Part shown: piece after piece, positions 37,339 through 52,229 of the stretch | Layout: each line of letters begins with the position of its first letter | Position numbering within the stretch: the first letter of the stretch is position 1 | DNA from: Trichoplax sp. H2 | Taxonomy: Eukaryota | DNA: 64,000 nucleotides | Assembly: GCA_003344405.1 (NCBI GenBank) | Contig: NOWV01000023.1 | Location: 372,001 to 436,000, forward strand | Direction of reading: 5' to 3' | The notes under the pieces: model-generated | Told to the model about the DNA's origin: nothing | Database searches by the model: none | The model's input: the letters and a program-made list of their open reading frames with translations, nothing else | Made by a program: the position numbers and the translations under genes

Positions 37339-40300
37339 ATGGAAGAGCAACACCAATCGAAACGAGCTAGGCTTGAAGAAGATGCAGGTAGAAAATCTTC
37401 CATGTAATTCATATCGCTAGTCTATGCAGAAGGTGAAATCGAACTCGTTTGCAAGTCAACATTACCTACTTGCATGGACACTAAATGTACAGTACAGTAC
37501 TTACTGGATTTTCGCCCTGATTAGTCGATCATTGCAGCCATCAGACAAATGTAGTGAAGGACTACAGTGCAATTATAGTAGTATAACTCGTGTTACTAGG
37601 ACTAGCTAGTACTGCTACTGGCATCATCGATGCTGGATAATATTGTATTTATGGTATGGAATAGATACCTTTGATGGAATTGGTGTAGTAGTCTTGATAG
37701 GAGGTAAAATTCAAATTGTTTTGCAGTCAACATCTTCTATCTATTTTGTCTGATAAGTTAATCATCACAGATTCACAGTACTGAATATACAGTAGTCAAC
37801 TAGTTAAAACTAGTAGTATTCATCATGCCAGACTTACAAGTAGCTGCTTGATAATAGTGTACTTCTTGTATGGAGTAGATATCTTTTGTAATATGTGTAG
37901 TAGTCTTGATAGGAGATAAAATTAAACTCTTTTACAGTCAACATATCTTATCTATTTTGCCTAATGAGTAGTTTATCATCATAGTACAGTAATTCACTAG
38001 TAAGACTAGTATACGCAGTAGATACACGTATCTTTTTACGTAATTTGTGTAGTAATCTTCGTAGAGGTACAAATGTACAATTGAACTCGTTTGCAGTCAA
38101 TAATATGATCGATCAATTTTACCCTGATTAGTTTATCATCATAGCACAATAATCAACTAGTACAACTAGTATTCCATCATACGAGACTTGCCAGTAGATG
38201 ATTGATAATTAATAGCGTACTTGTTGTGTGGAGTAGATATCTTTCATGTAATATGTGGTGTAGCAGTCTTGATAAGAGGTAAAATTGTAATTGTTCGCAG
38301 TCAGACTGCAAACAATTTCAATTTTACCTCCTATCAAGACTACTACACCAATTCCATCAAAGGCATCTATTCCATACCATAAATACAATGTTATCAAACA
38401 TCGATGATGCCACTAGTAGTACTAGCTAGTCCTAGTAACACGAGTTATGCTACTATAATTGCACTGTAGTCCTCCACAACATTGTCTGATGGCTGCAATG
38501 ATCAACTAATCTGGGCAAAATACAGTACATACTGTACAACTAGTGTACTGACATGTCCCATCTATTTTTCACTGATTACTTTATCATCATAGTATTAAGT
38601 ACAGTAATCAACTGGTACAGCTATAGTTCATCATAAGAGTGGATGCTTGATAACATTGTATTTCTTGTATGGAGTAGATATCTGTTATGTAATTTGTGTA
38701 GTATTCTTGATGAAGGTAAAGTTGAACTCGTTTGCAGTCAACCTGGCCTATATAGTTCGCTAGGTCCCCTATACGTTGATGAAACTTCTGCCACATTTAA
38801 TTATTTCTGTTCAAAATTAGCAATTATATTCTGACAGGTATATTGGTTCTATAGTATGGCAGAAGTAGTAGTATTTCATTAACATAGGGGGGGATCTGGC
38901 GGGGCCTAATGTACAGTGATCTACTAATACAGCCGGAGTTAATCATGGATGCTTGATGATATTATATTTCTTATGTGTACAGTAATAGATACCTTTTATG
39001 TCATTTGTGTGGTTGTCTTTTAGGAAGTAAAACTGAACTAGTTTGCAGTCAACAAGTCCTATCCATTTTGCCCTGACCACTTTATTATCATGCAATAGTA
39101 CAGTACAGTACAGTAATCAACTAGTATAACTAGTATCTATCATACGACTAGATGCTTGATAATATTGTATTTCTTGTGTACAGTAGTAGATATCTTTTAT
39201 GCCATTTATATATGATTAAAGTTAATCATAGATATTTGATAATATTGTATTTCTTGGGCAACTAATTTGCAGATCAGTACAATGAATTTCAAGACACTCA
39301 ACCTAATTATCAAGAAATACCTGGAAATTACAGCAATGTGGCTAAAAAGTTGATGGTAAAATTTTTATCTAATCTTGTTAACTCAATTCAATTGGCGCTG
39401 TGTTACCATTGTTTGGTAAAGATATTAATTTAGTCATTTGGATCATAGTTATAACATTGATATTGGATCACTATTATCGCAGCTGATTAAACGTCAGATT
39501 ATGAATAGCTCTGTAGCAGGCACTGCTCTGCTTCATGACTATAGCTGTCATGAAATCATCAACTTTATAGTATAAAGTAAAGCAAATTGAAATTGTTTTG
39601 TGGACAGTAATAATAGTCTAAAATGATTAGTTACATAATTATTATTATCAAAGCTGTAACTATTTGATATCTGTTATAGTTGGGCAATATCAAGTTGTTA
39701 ATGGTAGCATAGTTATAAACGGTAACTTTGAATTCGGCCAAGATCGAAGAATAATTTTATCTGTAATTTTTACAGGCCAAAATGAAATATACTCCTGGTG
39801 AAGGGTTAGGCAGGCATAGCCAAGGACGTAGAAATATTATTGAAGCATCTAAACAACGAGGTCACCGAGGTCTTGGTTCAGAGAATAAACATTTTCAACA
39901 AGATGAGGATACTGAATGGAGTGTAGATGATGAACAGGTATATCATCTACCTGTACAGAGTGGACGTAATGATTGTAATGCTAGGCTTTAGACCATAAAA
40001 ACAATCCATGCTTTAGACTCTAATAATTGCATATAGTCAGTTTAATCTTTCGTAACGAACTAATTATGGTGGAATAAATCCATATGTGTAAGCTACACGA
40101 ATTATATTATTAATATTCAATCATTCTTCATAGATTAATATCGAGGAAATGGCAACTTGGATAGATGAGTGTCAGTTGCCCTTGCCTGATAGAGCTACAC
40201 TTGATAGTTGGATGAAGATTGGAAAGGTTATAACCAGTTAACAATTTACTTTGATGTTGGCTATTCGATGTTTGTAATGTAGTTATGCATTATTAACTAT

Positions 40301-43300
40301 AAATTAAGCTCTACGTAATGATGCAATGCGAACGTTTGACCATTATGGCTGTAAGATACTCCGATATTCTAACAGTATCATTTATCTCAGTACTGAAGTT
40401 GATAATTTTCGTATCCATGTAGAAGAAGATGACTATTGATGATGAAGTCAATTTTTGTGAGCCTAACATTCTTAAGGATGTTCTAGAGTGCAAGGTTTTT
40501 ATTGACATATTATAGCGTGTATAAAATCATACAGATATAGTAAACTTGGAAAGTGTGCATGGTTGGAATATTTGGTAGACTTATCTTCGAGTGTTATCAT
40601 AATTTGAATATAATAGCAGTTATTTCGATTTTTTATGCCGATCATTGACTGATATAATAAAAATTATTCAGGATATGTTTGATGAATTAGAAAGCAAAGA
40701 AATGGTCGAAGCTAGGACTAGGGCTAATCCTTATGAGACAATCAAAGGGGCGATATTCTTGAATAGGTAATCGAATAATACCCTACTATACTCCTATAAC
40801 TTAGCTGAAAGATTTACATGGAGATAATTTTATCATCGTACAGAGCTGCTATGAAGATGGCTAATTTAGACTACGTATATAAGTATATATTTACCAATCC
40901 AAGAGATGATAAAGGCGTAAGAACTTAAGTTAATTTTACTTACTCGTAATTATACGAAAGTTATCGATAATCTAATTGATTAGGTTTTTAATATGACTGA
41001 CGGTATTTGAAATTGGGGTAAATTATTCATAGAACGAAAAGATAAGATCATTGGATATACTTTACTTTGCCGATATTTGCGCTGGACCGGGAGGATTTAC
41101 GGAATATGTACTCTGGAAACGAAGATGGCACGCGAAAGGATTTGGAATCACTCTGAAAGATCGTTAGTACAATAATTTAACCAACTTTAAAATGCTTTTC
41201 GACACTTCTTACAGTTACGCTGTCAATTTAATGTCGAAATTATCTTCTGTTGATTTTGTTATTAGCAAAGAATGCGAGTGACTTCAAGTTAACTGATTTC
41301 TTAGCTGGTACTCCGGAAACGTTCGAGCCATACTATGGTAACATACTCAGTATTATTTCGTTGTTAGTTAAAAATTTATTACGAGTATGTAATCATTAAT
41401 TAAATTATCGCTTATTTATGATGACTTAATCATCAAAGGTGTAAACGGTGTTAATGGAGACGGTGATGTAACACGGACAGAAAATTTGAGGGCATTTGCC
41501 GAGTTTGTTCGCAGTTCATCTGAAGGAGGTGTTCATTTTGCCATGGCGGATGGTGTAAGTTATTGGGTGAATTCGAAATAGGGTAATCGAAGACGTAGTT
41601 TACGTTAATTGTTTTATTTATAATCCTTAGGGATTTTCTGTTGAAGGGCAAGAGAATATACAAGAGATTCTAAGTAAACAGCTGTATCTGTGTCAGTTTT
41701 TATGCGCTATCAGTGTTCTACGAGAAGGTATGACACTATCTCAATGGTTTCAAAATATTGAAATTGTGTCTAATTAGTAAATAAATATTGCATGCTAACA
41801 GCAGAATTAAAACCGGTAATACCTTTAATTATTGACAATTTGCTTTCTCTTTTATTAGGAGGAAATTTCGTTTGCAAACTATTTGATATTTTTACTCCAT
41901 TCAGTGTTGGCTTACTATACTTGTTCTATCGTATATTCCGTCGTATATCATTAGTGAAACCTTTAACTAGTAGGCCTGCAAACTCAGAAAGGTTTGCATG
42001 TTGTCGAAGTAGGCTACAAATTTGCGTCTATTTAATAATATCTTTTTCTTTAGGTATATAGTTTGTGAAGGTTATAGAAATGCAGACGATGTTAGAGACT
42101 ATTTTTATAGTGTAAATGACAAGATAAATGAATTAAAATTGGCCGAAAGGAAAGAGGCTGTAGTTTTTACGACATCTTATAAACGTAGTGAAAAGACTTC
42201 AGGTTAGCTAATCAATGTAATTGTTGTAGATAATCCTACGTGTTATTTATGCAGCTATTATAATCAGTATGTCTAACAATACGTTAAAAACGAAAAGTGT
42301 TTTAGCCATCTTACTAATTCTGTTACTGTCGTATTAGGTAGTGAAGAGGATTATTTCAATACGAGTGAAAATGAAAATTCAAATCAGGTATGAATATCTA
42401 ATCGACGTATATGTGATGGGACGATATTGTAAACTACTTTCTAGCCAAGTGTCGTGCATATCTGAGGTTGCAATTCTAACTATCCCTTGTGCATTGAAGC
42501 TCTCTGATAATGAGATTGAATCGGATCAACAAGATGAGGAATTAGGAGCTGAATTAATGACTAACGCACTTCAAGATGATAGGACGATAATTCAAGATAA
42601 ATCTAGCAAACATAATCTCGATGTTACGGAGGTATAAGAACTTGTCATAAATAAAGTTTGAGCTCTTTAGAATTAATTTATTATCGAACTTTAGGATGTA
42701 GGCAAACACTTAGCATTTTGCTAATACACATCTAATACTGACGTGATGCTTGTATAGGTAGTACCTTTGGATGTTATTCGTGGTGACAAAGCTTTTTATG
42801 AATATATTGTGCAGTCAAATAATAGGTAACACGGTAGTGAGATTTTTATGATAGAATAAAGTTTAGCATCTTTCTTTAATTAAAGGATAAATTCATCATT
42901 TCAAAATAGTATTGGTGTAGCCCAAGTGTATGCTCTGCGAAAAATTCAAGCTTTTGCCAAAAACAGGTTTCAATTAGATTATTTTGTTAGTATTTTACTG
43001 TTCCACAGGCCATACTACTAGTATAATGTTGATGATATTATCAAGTTTAGAATAACCAAGAGAGATTTGTATTACAGGAATTTAGTTACACAACAGCAAA
43101 ACGATATTAAAAACGGCTGTTTGACTTTGTGGAATGTTAGTAACCGTAATATGTTATGATTAATTTTTGATATTCTTTAACGCAATAGCTTTATATAAGG
43201 TACTACTACAAATTTTTTTAGATTCCTACCAATCCTAGGAGTAAGCGAAATATACCATCACCAAGGGATACATTTTTCAAGTTACTGAATACTTCTTTAG

Positions 43301-45065
43301 ATGATTGGGTAGGAAGACTGTGCGAAATGAAAAACTTGTTTGATATATTCCCTTCAGATATTGTAACCTAATCTTATCTTTTGTGATTATTTAGGAGACT
43401 AATAATAGAATTATAGAGGTAACTAAGAGTACAATAAAGAGAATGACAGCTATCTATAATTATAGATTTACGATTTCTGGAGGACGGCGATATTTTATCC
43501 TGAGCTTATCAGTAAGTTACTAGTATGGATTCTTGAAACAAAAACTAGGTAGAATTACTTAACGTATTAAAATTTTCAGGGAAAGTTTATCTATCGGACG
43601 AGTTTTGATAAGTACGGGAATATGGATGTTAACAAATGGGAAGAACTATCAAATAGTGAAAATCGGATAAACTTAGAAATGCCGGAAAACACGTTGATTG
43701 AAGCAGAAATTGTAACAGAGTATCGTGGCGAGGTAATTTCTTATTATAGGTTCACGTTATTAGCATGGTTGAAAGTACTTATGCCATATTTATAATCTGC
43801 GAAAAATGATGTTATCGTACCTGGAAAACTGTTCGATGTACAGTAATTACAAGACGTAAATCATAAAGTGTGCTGATATTGACTAACCCGAAGGGGAATG
43901 ACCTCGTTTTTTTAACAACTTGTAAGCTACAAAGTCTTTTGCTTACGGAGTCGTTATTCTTTCGATGACTTATTTGTTAGGGTAAAAGCCAGAAACACGT
44001 AAATGCTATTCATATTGTGGATATCGCTTTTCTTGGTGGTGATGATTATCGTAATTTCCATATTAAAGAAAGGTGAAAACAGTCTATTTCTGTATAATGA
44101 TATATTGCTTCCTGGCATAAGTCTTATATCGTGAATTTTATCAGATTGAGATATGCTGAAAAATTTGTTAAAGCCTTGCAAAAGAAGTCCATCAATACGG
44201 CTACTCCTTTAAGGTAAGAATTAGCACATAGGAGATTTTAGAAGATCCTAAATGTGCAGATTTGCCTATTATATTTATTCAAGACTTGAATTAATGATAA
44301 ATGATTTCTAGGGTTAAGTTATTGCACAGATTAAACGATTCATCTACAATCCTTGCACGGTTAGTAACTATGCTAGCTATTTCAAGATTTAGCTTCAATT
44401 TAATTGAAGTATTGTTTTAGTTATTGTTGCAACTTTTGCTACTGTCATAGTTTACAATCTAAGAAAATGAAAGGATCTCGGGGAAGGAAGAATTGCTGTA
44501 TCGTAGGCTCTGATAAATCTGACGATAGTTGCTTCTTTATCCCTACTGGATTGTATATAGTTAAAGATATTTTAGGTATGCTGCTGAAACATAGCACTTG
44601 TTGTATTCTTTGTAAATGATATAATAGAGTTAACTCTGTTTTATCGTGTATTATGTAGATCCTTGGGTAGTAAGAATTAGTAATACGCACAATAGATATT
44701 ATTTCTTTAATACTGCAAATAATTCGAGTCAGTATGATCTTCCTCAAGAAGATATTGCAAGTTTTAGGTAAATAAAAGAAAGACTAATATTATTAAGATA
44801 TCATCATGAATTGAAACCTTCATCGAATTTCTTTTGTAAAAATTATTTGTTATACCCAATTAATCAGGTTTTTATTACAGTAAACGGGTGTTTTTGTTAT
44901 TTTAAAAGACAATGTCATGAATTACGGTTGTTTTGGCCGTGGGATGATAGTAATGATTTCGTGGACAGTAACACTGCTAAGATTAAAGGCAACCGTGATG
45001 ATAAAGTCAGCAAAGATGAACTTCTAGATTTTATCAAGGTTACTTTAAGTGGTGGTAATCGCTAA
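37339..45065 (+). CDS. CMTR1: Cap-specific mRNA (nucleoside-2'-O-)-methyltransferase 1 (G-patch, RrmJ/FtsJ methyltransferase, guanylyltransferase-like, WW), about 27 exons
   Basis: G-patch [27 protein letters not shown] (39273-39938); [33 protein letters not shown] (41033-41162), [39 protein letters not shown], so the K-D-K-E tetrad is intact; WW domain [17 protein letters not shown] (44660-44768); stop at 45063-45065. The first exon 37339-37387 ([16 protein letters not shown]) is inferred from phase and a basic NLS-like motif and is less certain. Confidence 0.92.
37430..39256. repeat. Diverged tandem array in CMTR1 intron 1 containing an inverted duplication and a fold-back hairpin
   Basis: Multiple copies of atgcttgataatattgtatttcttgt.tggagtagatatc...tgtgtagtagtcttgatagg.gtaaaattgaactcgtttgcagtcaac; about 38310-38526 is the reverse complement of about 37502-37722. 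Confidence 0.85.
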
Positions 45066-48000
45066 ACCGGGAATTATAACTTTATTAACTTTAACATGTT
45101 AATAATAATTATTAGCTTTGAAATTAGTTTTGTACGCTATCGCACGTTTGATATATAGTAGATTACGCGTATGCTGAAATCGTGTATGGTCAATTGTTGC
45201 CTTTGAATATAGTAATAGTTTTTTATAACTACATGGATTAATGTATCCTCTGTCTATATCTGTAATATAGAGCAAATCTGTTATTATTCGTGTATAGTTT
45301 CTGTTATAGGCTTTGTTGTAATGACGATGGCGTTGTTTTATTTATGTCTTGCTTAATTACGGGAAAATAGTCTCCGTTGAAGGCAGTACAAATCATTGTA
45401 TTACAAAAGTAAAGAAAATTGTTGTGCTAATGTATGTATGCTAGTACAAATGTACAATTTTAATAAGGTTATCGTCGTCCTAATATAAGTCTAAGTATGC
45501 TTGTATATCGTGAACACAGTAAATAGGAATGCGTACAGGTTTGGTATAAAATTGCCAAAATCTGAGTAGAATATGCACTGTAAGTTGAAGTGCAATTATA
45601 GATTTTAATACTGGAATGCATAGAAATGGATAAGAGATAATTGAAGAGATATTTAATTTGCTTTAAAGTCTGAAATAAAATTTAGAATGATTTTTGTGAG
45701 ATTTTAATTAGATCATTAAAATATAAGATGCTGTAGAAAAGATTTTTTAACAATCACATTTTATACTCCGCTTTATATATCGATAAACTTTACATGACTT
45801 TCAGCTAGCGTGGTCTCAGCTCTGTTGTATTGATCGACGAAACACACTAATATCATAAATTATAATTATCAATGATACAATGAAGTTATTGCCGTTACTA
45901 TCGTTGGAAAAGTTAAGCTATTGTCATAGTTAATAGTTCGGTTGCGTTATAAAAGAGTTGAATGATCTATGATGATTATCTAACATAATTTTTACTGAAA
46001 AGTTATCAAAATTATTTTAAGGTATTAAGATTAATGATTCTCCTTGCCTTGTCAGTCATTTAGGTTGCACAGCGCAGCATTATTAACGCTATAAATGATC
46101 AATAGTTAAAATAGGATAACTAGAAAAATTAAAATTCAAATGTTGATCTTTTTAAATTGTTATGTGGGTAAATTAGCCTGAAGGGAAAGTAATTCTGAAC
46201 TTTTAAACGTCAAGAAGACAAGTGTGATGATTAAGGATATTTCAATTGTAAATTCAAGGCGGATTATTAATGTATCATTGTTAATCTATCTTATTGAATG
46301 TATATTAATAGTTGGAATCAATAACAGCTGATTCTTCATAACTATCATGGCTAAGAAAATAAAGGAAAAATCATCGGCTATAATTAACGGTCTCCTTTTC
46401 AATGTTAGTATAGGAATAATATTTCAATCGAAAGACTATTTTGCTCGAGGCTATGCTTTATCAGTTCTTTTGCGTCAGTTGTTATTGTATCGATGGTTTT
46501 TAAAGTAGTCCTTTCTCACTTGTTGCTACAGCAATGGGTAATCGCTAATGATCGGTATTTTATGGCTATTCATTTTAATAACTAACGTTTTGTTTTTTGT
46601 TATAGCTATCTATTGATTATTTATTATTTACGATAGAGGCCTAGGTTAAGGTTGGAAGTTTGGGTAGCTTGTTCACTGCAAATAGCCCTTAAAGTAAACT
46701 AAAGTAGACTCTAAAAATGGATCAGTAAGATAAAACATAGGGAAATAATTCATCTAATTGATGATGTTATTGATGAATAATAATTAAAGAATGGCAACCA
46801 TGATAATAACTCATATCTTATGGACATACATATTCTACGTTTCAATCGCGTTGTCTACTGTTGTAAGAGCCAGACATTATAATTAATAGTTCAATTCTGG
46901 GTGTGCCACCTTGATTGCGATTGGATTATGACGTGAGAATTGATAGAATCGATTCTAGTCAATAGCTTTAACATGTAGCAATTAATTTGCTAGACAATCA
47001 AATAGATGTGATAATTTATGAAAATCTGAACAATTCTTTTTTTTCATCATTGAAAAGTTACTGTTTTGTTATTGGTTATTTTTTTTAAAATTAGCGTATA
47101 ACTGACATTTTAGTTATGACATAACAATTAAGATGATGAAGGGATAGGTTTAATAGAATCATTCTTGGAGTTTTAATTCGAGGGGATAATTCAAGGTACC
47201 AATCGATATCATAATGAATTATGATTAATTGTTACTGTTGATTAACATAAACAACCGCAGGCTAGTCCTATTTCAATGTCTTCCTTGAACAGTTTTCTTA
47301 ATTAACATCTGTTTTATAATTTGATCTATGTATTGATATCGTCAATCCGCATTCGATTATTCTATCATCATTGGATTCGAAAATATCTTCTGTGGAACAA
47401 TATAACGTTGATAGAAAGATTCCAATATCATAATTATTAATTTTATGAGGTTACTTTTGTCAATTTTGACAACGACTTGTTTCCACTTACTATGTTAAGT
47501 TTTAATTAGGTTGGTCAAGGGTGATTCATTATCATTTCATTTAATAAATAGCATGAATATCATTAAAATAACTATTGCTAATTGTTGTTGGTGTTATTAT
47601 TATACATTAAGGAAACGGTGATGATGATTCATTTTATTAATGATACTACTGTGTTTTATGACCCAATTTTCAATCAGTTTTACCTCCAAGACTTTACATG
47701 CTATAAGCGTTATTTCTGGGTGGGATATGAATCCAAAAACTCGATTATCACTATTAGTAAGGCTGTATGATAATGGAATTGAATGTCTGATAAAAATATT
47801 TTTACTAAGGTTTCAAATCAATAAAGAGAGTGATGTTAACATGTTATAGAATACTTCAAGATTAGCTAAAAACTATTTACTTTATTTACTTTTGGTGTAG
47901 ATGATTGGCTGCATATGCTTGCAACAGAAATCCATTTTATTACTTAGTTGTCTTTTGTTCTTATCTTTTGCTATTGCCAAACAACACCGAAGCTAAACTA

Positions 48001-48312
48001 GTTATTATCATAGACATTGAAGGGGGTAAAGCTTGAAATATTTTGGCTAAGACGGTCATGATAGTAAGCATTAATTATTTGCCAAATATTAACCGTCTGT
48101 TAAATGTTTCTTGGCTCGCCGTTATTTATTTGTCTTATTGTCTAATCATCTTATCTGCGATTGTATCAGTAGAAAAATCAAGGTGGTTTGTTTAATTTAG
48201 TTGCTTATTAACGCTTGTCATGGAATTCTTTTGTTTTGTATCTCGTGATAATTAATTATTACTGATTCAATTATAGATGGCTATAGGATGTACAGTACAA
48301 TGAGTTAGCATC

Positions 48313-48361
48313 AGAAGAAGAAGAAGAAGGAGAAGAAACATACGATGATGATGATGATGAT
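48313..48361. repeat. Compound (GAA)n/(GAT)n trinucleotide microsatellite
   Basis: agaagaagaagaagaaggagaagaa followed by gatgatgatgatgatgat. Confidence 0.8.
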
Positions 48362-51300
48362 CGGGATGGTTTAATTTCGCTGTAAATTAAAGTTGAACGT
48401 AGAATAGCGGGTAGCCTGCATTTTATTTTTCAGCAGACTATGACCTAATATTGCTATTAATTAGTTAATTAAAAATCCTTAGCAAAGATCAAATGATTAT
48501 GCCTTCCCCTCATCAATACAATCAGCAATTATGATGATGATCCATAGCCTATAACCCACGCGTTACTGTCATGATAATCCTTTGTTACCATTTTAATTGT
48601 TTTTGATACCTTCTATTTCCAATATTCTCTATCTTTAGCCTCTTAGTCGATATTCAAAGGCTATTTTGATGAATAAATGATGGCCTGGATATCAGAGTTA
48701 ATGTTTTCATTATCTTGACTACAACTATCGACTATCAAACAATGATGATCATTTTATTCTTTTTTTGTTGCCACTGAGCGATTGATTCCCTTAAGGGCAA
48801 ATTATTTTAAACATCTAAGGCATGTTTTATTTTTTACCGATGCAAAAAATAACAAAAATGAACCTCTATAGTCGTGTCGATTTTGAATGACTAGGCGAGC
48901 ATCCGTTGATGAGGACAGTTTATATTTCAGCAATTTAATTTTTGGATTGCATAGATTATCCAAGGCTTAGTCATCAGGTTAATCATAAATATCCTAGCGA
49001 TCCTTAGAATAGGAAAGACTTTATAGAACAAATGCCGCCAGTATGTTTACCTTCAAGTGGCTTTGCCCGTAGGAAACGGCAATTGATTATCATTGTCTTC
49101 TGAGGTTATAATCTAAGCTAATTAGCCTGTGTTCGGCATAAGATGTTAGAATAACGATATGAGTATTTCATTCCTTGTGATATACCAATGGTTAAAAATT
49201 GTTTTAATTGGATATATGCAAGGACATACTATCTATGCAAGATTACTTAGCTATTCATCTAGTTTTTCAATAGTTATCACCATAAAATTCCTAAAGATAG
49301 CTTGCATGAATGATATATTAATATAGCACGATTAATAAAGGCTTTAATTGACACCACCTAGTTCTGTACTCTTTGAAAAATTATATTTCAAGGTAGAAAT
49401 TCAAGCTGTGATAGTGCGATTCATTTTAATCTCGGTAAAAATCAGATTAAAAGTAAAAAGTAAAAGGGCACAGTCAAAATCGAAGCTGACTGAATAAAAT
49501 AGAATTCGCCTTAATTCAATTCTATTCTTCAATCATTCATGGTAAATAAGATATTAGTTTGATTTAATCCGCATAGGGCAGACGGATATTGTAATGCTAA
49601 ATTATTCTGCTAAACATGCTATAGCATAAGTCCGGCGGTAGTCACGATTTGAATATATTATCCCTTGCGTAAATCTTTAATCTATACTCTTCATTTTAGA
49701 TAACAATTAGATAAGATTTGCTGGCGAAATTTTATAATATTTCCTAGTAAATGTTGAATGGTAAACTCCAATCATTTTTCACATATTTTATTCCATTCCC
49801 TAGTCGTAAAATTCTTATCGCATTGATATTATTACTGTAAAGCTTTATTTCGATAATTGCGAAGAGGGATAGCGCTATTGTTATATACTATACTGTATTA
49901 TGAAACTAGATTCTGGTGAAGAATTTCAAACTCAGTATCACTAGTTAATGTCACTGATAATTGTCATTCATGAGATCCTCAACAAAGATCAGGTGGTGTA
50001 TATACATCCATGATTATAAGTTTCAGAGTTAGTAGCTCAATTATTGTAGGGTTACCGGAAAATGATCATATTGATAAATAATATTTCTGTGCTATTTTAC
50101 GGGTAATGTATTTGCTTAGCGATTGTTTAATGATAGAGAAAAGAAACTCAAAATTACTTTCCATCATCTTTCGTCGCCTCTACAGCCAGGTGCATACCGC
50201 TGTATTCTTTTTTATTATTTGACATTTATTTAATGTCTATGACCACTATCGAATTATTTTGAGGAAAGTAAAATTAGACAAAATTATCTTATAAATGTAT
50301 TGATTGTTTTTAATGACGTAAAATAATAGAACAGTCTTAAACTATCGTATTCATTGCAGTAGCATGCAGGCTATTCGATCTATCCGTAAATTGAAATTCT
50401 TGTATCTATAATTTATATATTTCTAAAATATTTGTCTTTTAAATAGATTTATTGCCTTTATAATAACAAATAATGGTGCAATCTTCAACTCATATAATTA
50501 ATTATTACATCATCGATAGTCTAGTTGAAAATTTAACGCGTAAAAGCGTTTAGAACAATTTTAAATATTAACACACATGTTTAACCTACTCAAATCGTAA
50601 GCATAATTTAGAAAAAACGAGGTCAAATTATAATTTAAATTAAAATAATAATAATACTTAGGGGAGGAAATTAAATTATAAAAACATTAATAAACTGATA
50701 TTAAATTATAGTAACAAAACAGCATTTTGTCAAAAAACATGAAATCTACCATGGTACAGCAGTCGCTGCTCGATGATAATATGAAATTGAATGGGTGTTC
50801 TATACCTAACCTCATTCGCTTGATTGAATAAAAAAATGGAACAAAATAAGTTGTTTCTTATTAACAAATAGTTTATGGCCAATATCCTAAGTTGGCTGAT
50901 ACATAAGGCGCGTGAAACACACTTTCCTATGATAAAACAGAATATCTATATCATAAGTGAGGATTGAATTACGTTCTATCAGTGCCAAGGGTGTATTAAG
51001 CCGTTCCCGTAAGGGTTGATAATTCTTGAAATATAGATGGTAAATTTTATCAATAGATGTTGAAAATAATTTATAGCGTAGCTGACAGAGATTAGTTGAA
51101 TGGTAATCTTGCATTAAAATAAGACGTTATGAACGAATCAAATAGATTCCAATGACATAACTTAATTTATAAGGTTACAAATCTAATGTTTGCTAAAATT
51201 ACTTTTTTAAAAACCACTTAATAATTTTTCAAGAAAGTAAAAAAAATGAATATTTTATCATCATTAATGATGAACAGTGTTGCTGATCCAATCTTTCCAT

Positions 51301-52229
51301 TAATAGAATAACGTTAGATTACAGTACATAAATGAGATAAGTTAATAACCGTTGCAATAAAATGGGGCTTATTTTACCTAGGCAATAGCAATCATGTAAA
51401 TCAAAACATATTTAATTGGTCAAGACAGTAGCTAAGCATTCTCAAAAAACGATTGCTTCAAATATCTATCACTTGATTGAAAGCATCTACCGATTAAATT
51501 GAAATCAATGACAAAAACTAATACATACTTAATAGAAAATATTCAAAACAATTCATGCTGCCATCGCGGCAATCTTTAAAGTTAAAAGAAGTCGATTGAA
51601 ATAGTGTAATTCGTAGGTAAAATTTTTTAAGCTATAATTTTATGGTGTTCTATTGGATAAACTTGTAAAATGGCCTACGAAACAGATAGTCTTAAAGGTT
51701 CAAGATAATAAATAAAAGCGCCATAACAAGGAAATTATCTTCTTTTTCTCTTAAACGACTGAATAATGGTAATGTACAACCTGTATATAAGAATATTACT
51801 ATCACATCAAGTTTAAAAATTGAATTGAGCAGGATAAAATGGACTATTGCCTGATCTCAAAGTGTTATTTTTATCCGAGCATAAATTGTAATTTTGATTT
51901 GTGTAGACTAGCAATGTTGCCGCCTCTTTTCTTAATATCAGCCGCCTTTTGCACAGAGTTTGAGAAATGAAAGATGATCATTTATAGGTTCTGCTGATAT
52001 TTAAGTCGAACTTGTTGATAGATATCGATTTTACGAGTACTGCCAGGTAGATTTTGCCTAATTTTCATGGATTTACAAGTTGGATTATCTCCTTACGAAG
52101 AATACCAGGATAGAATGCCATTCATCACTGGCACATCAACGATATTTCAATTCAATTTATTTTCAATACTTTTGGAAATTTTACTTCTATATTTATTGTC
52201 TCATCTGATGTGATATATCTATCTTTAAA

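Noticed and set aside
37095..38834. ORFs in the CMTR1 5' region
   Set aside because: Derived from repeat units or antisense to the predicted first exon.
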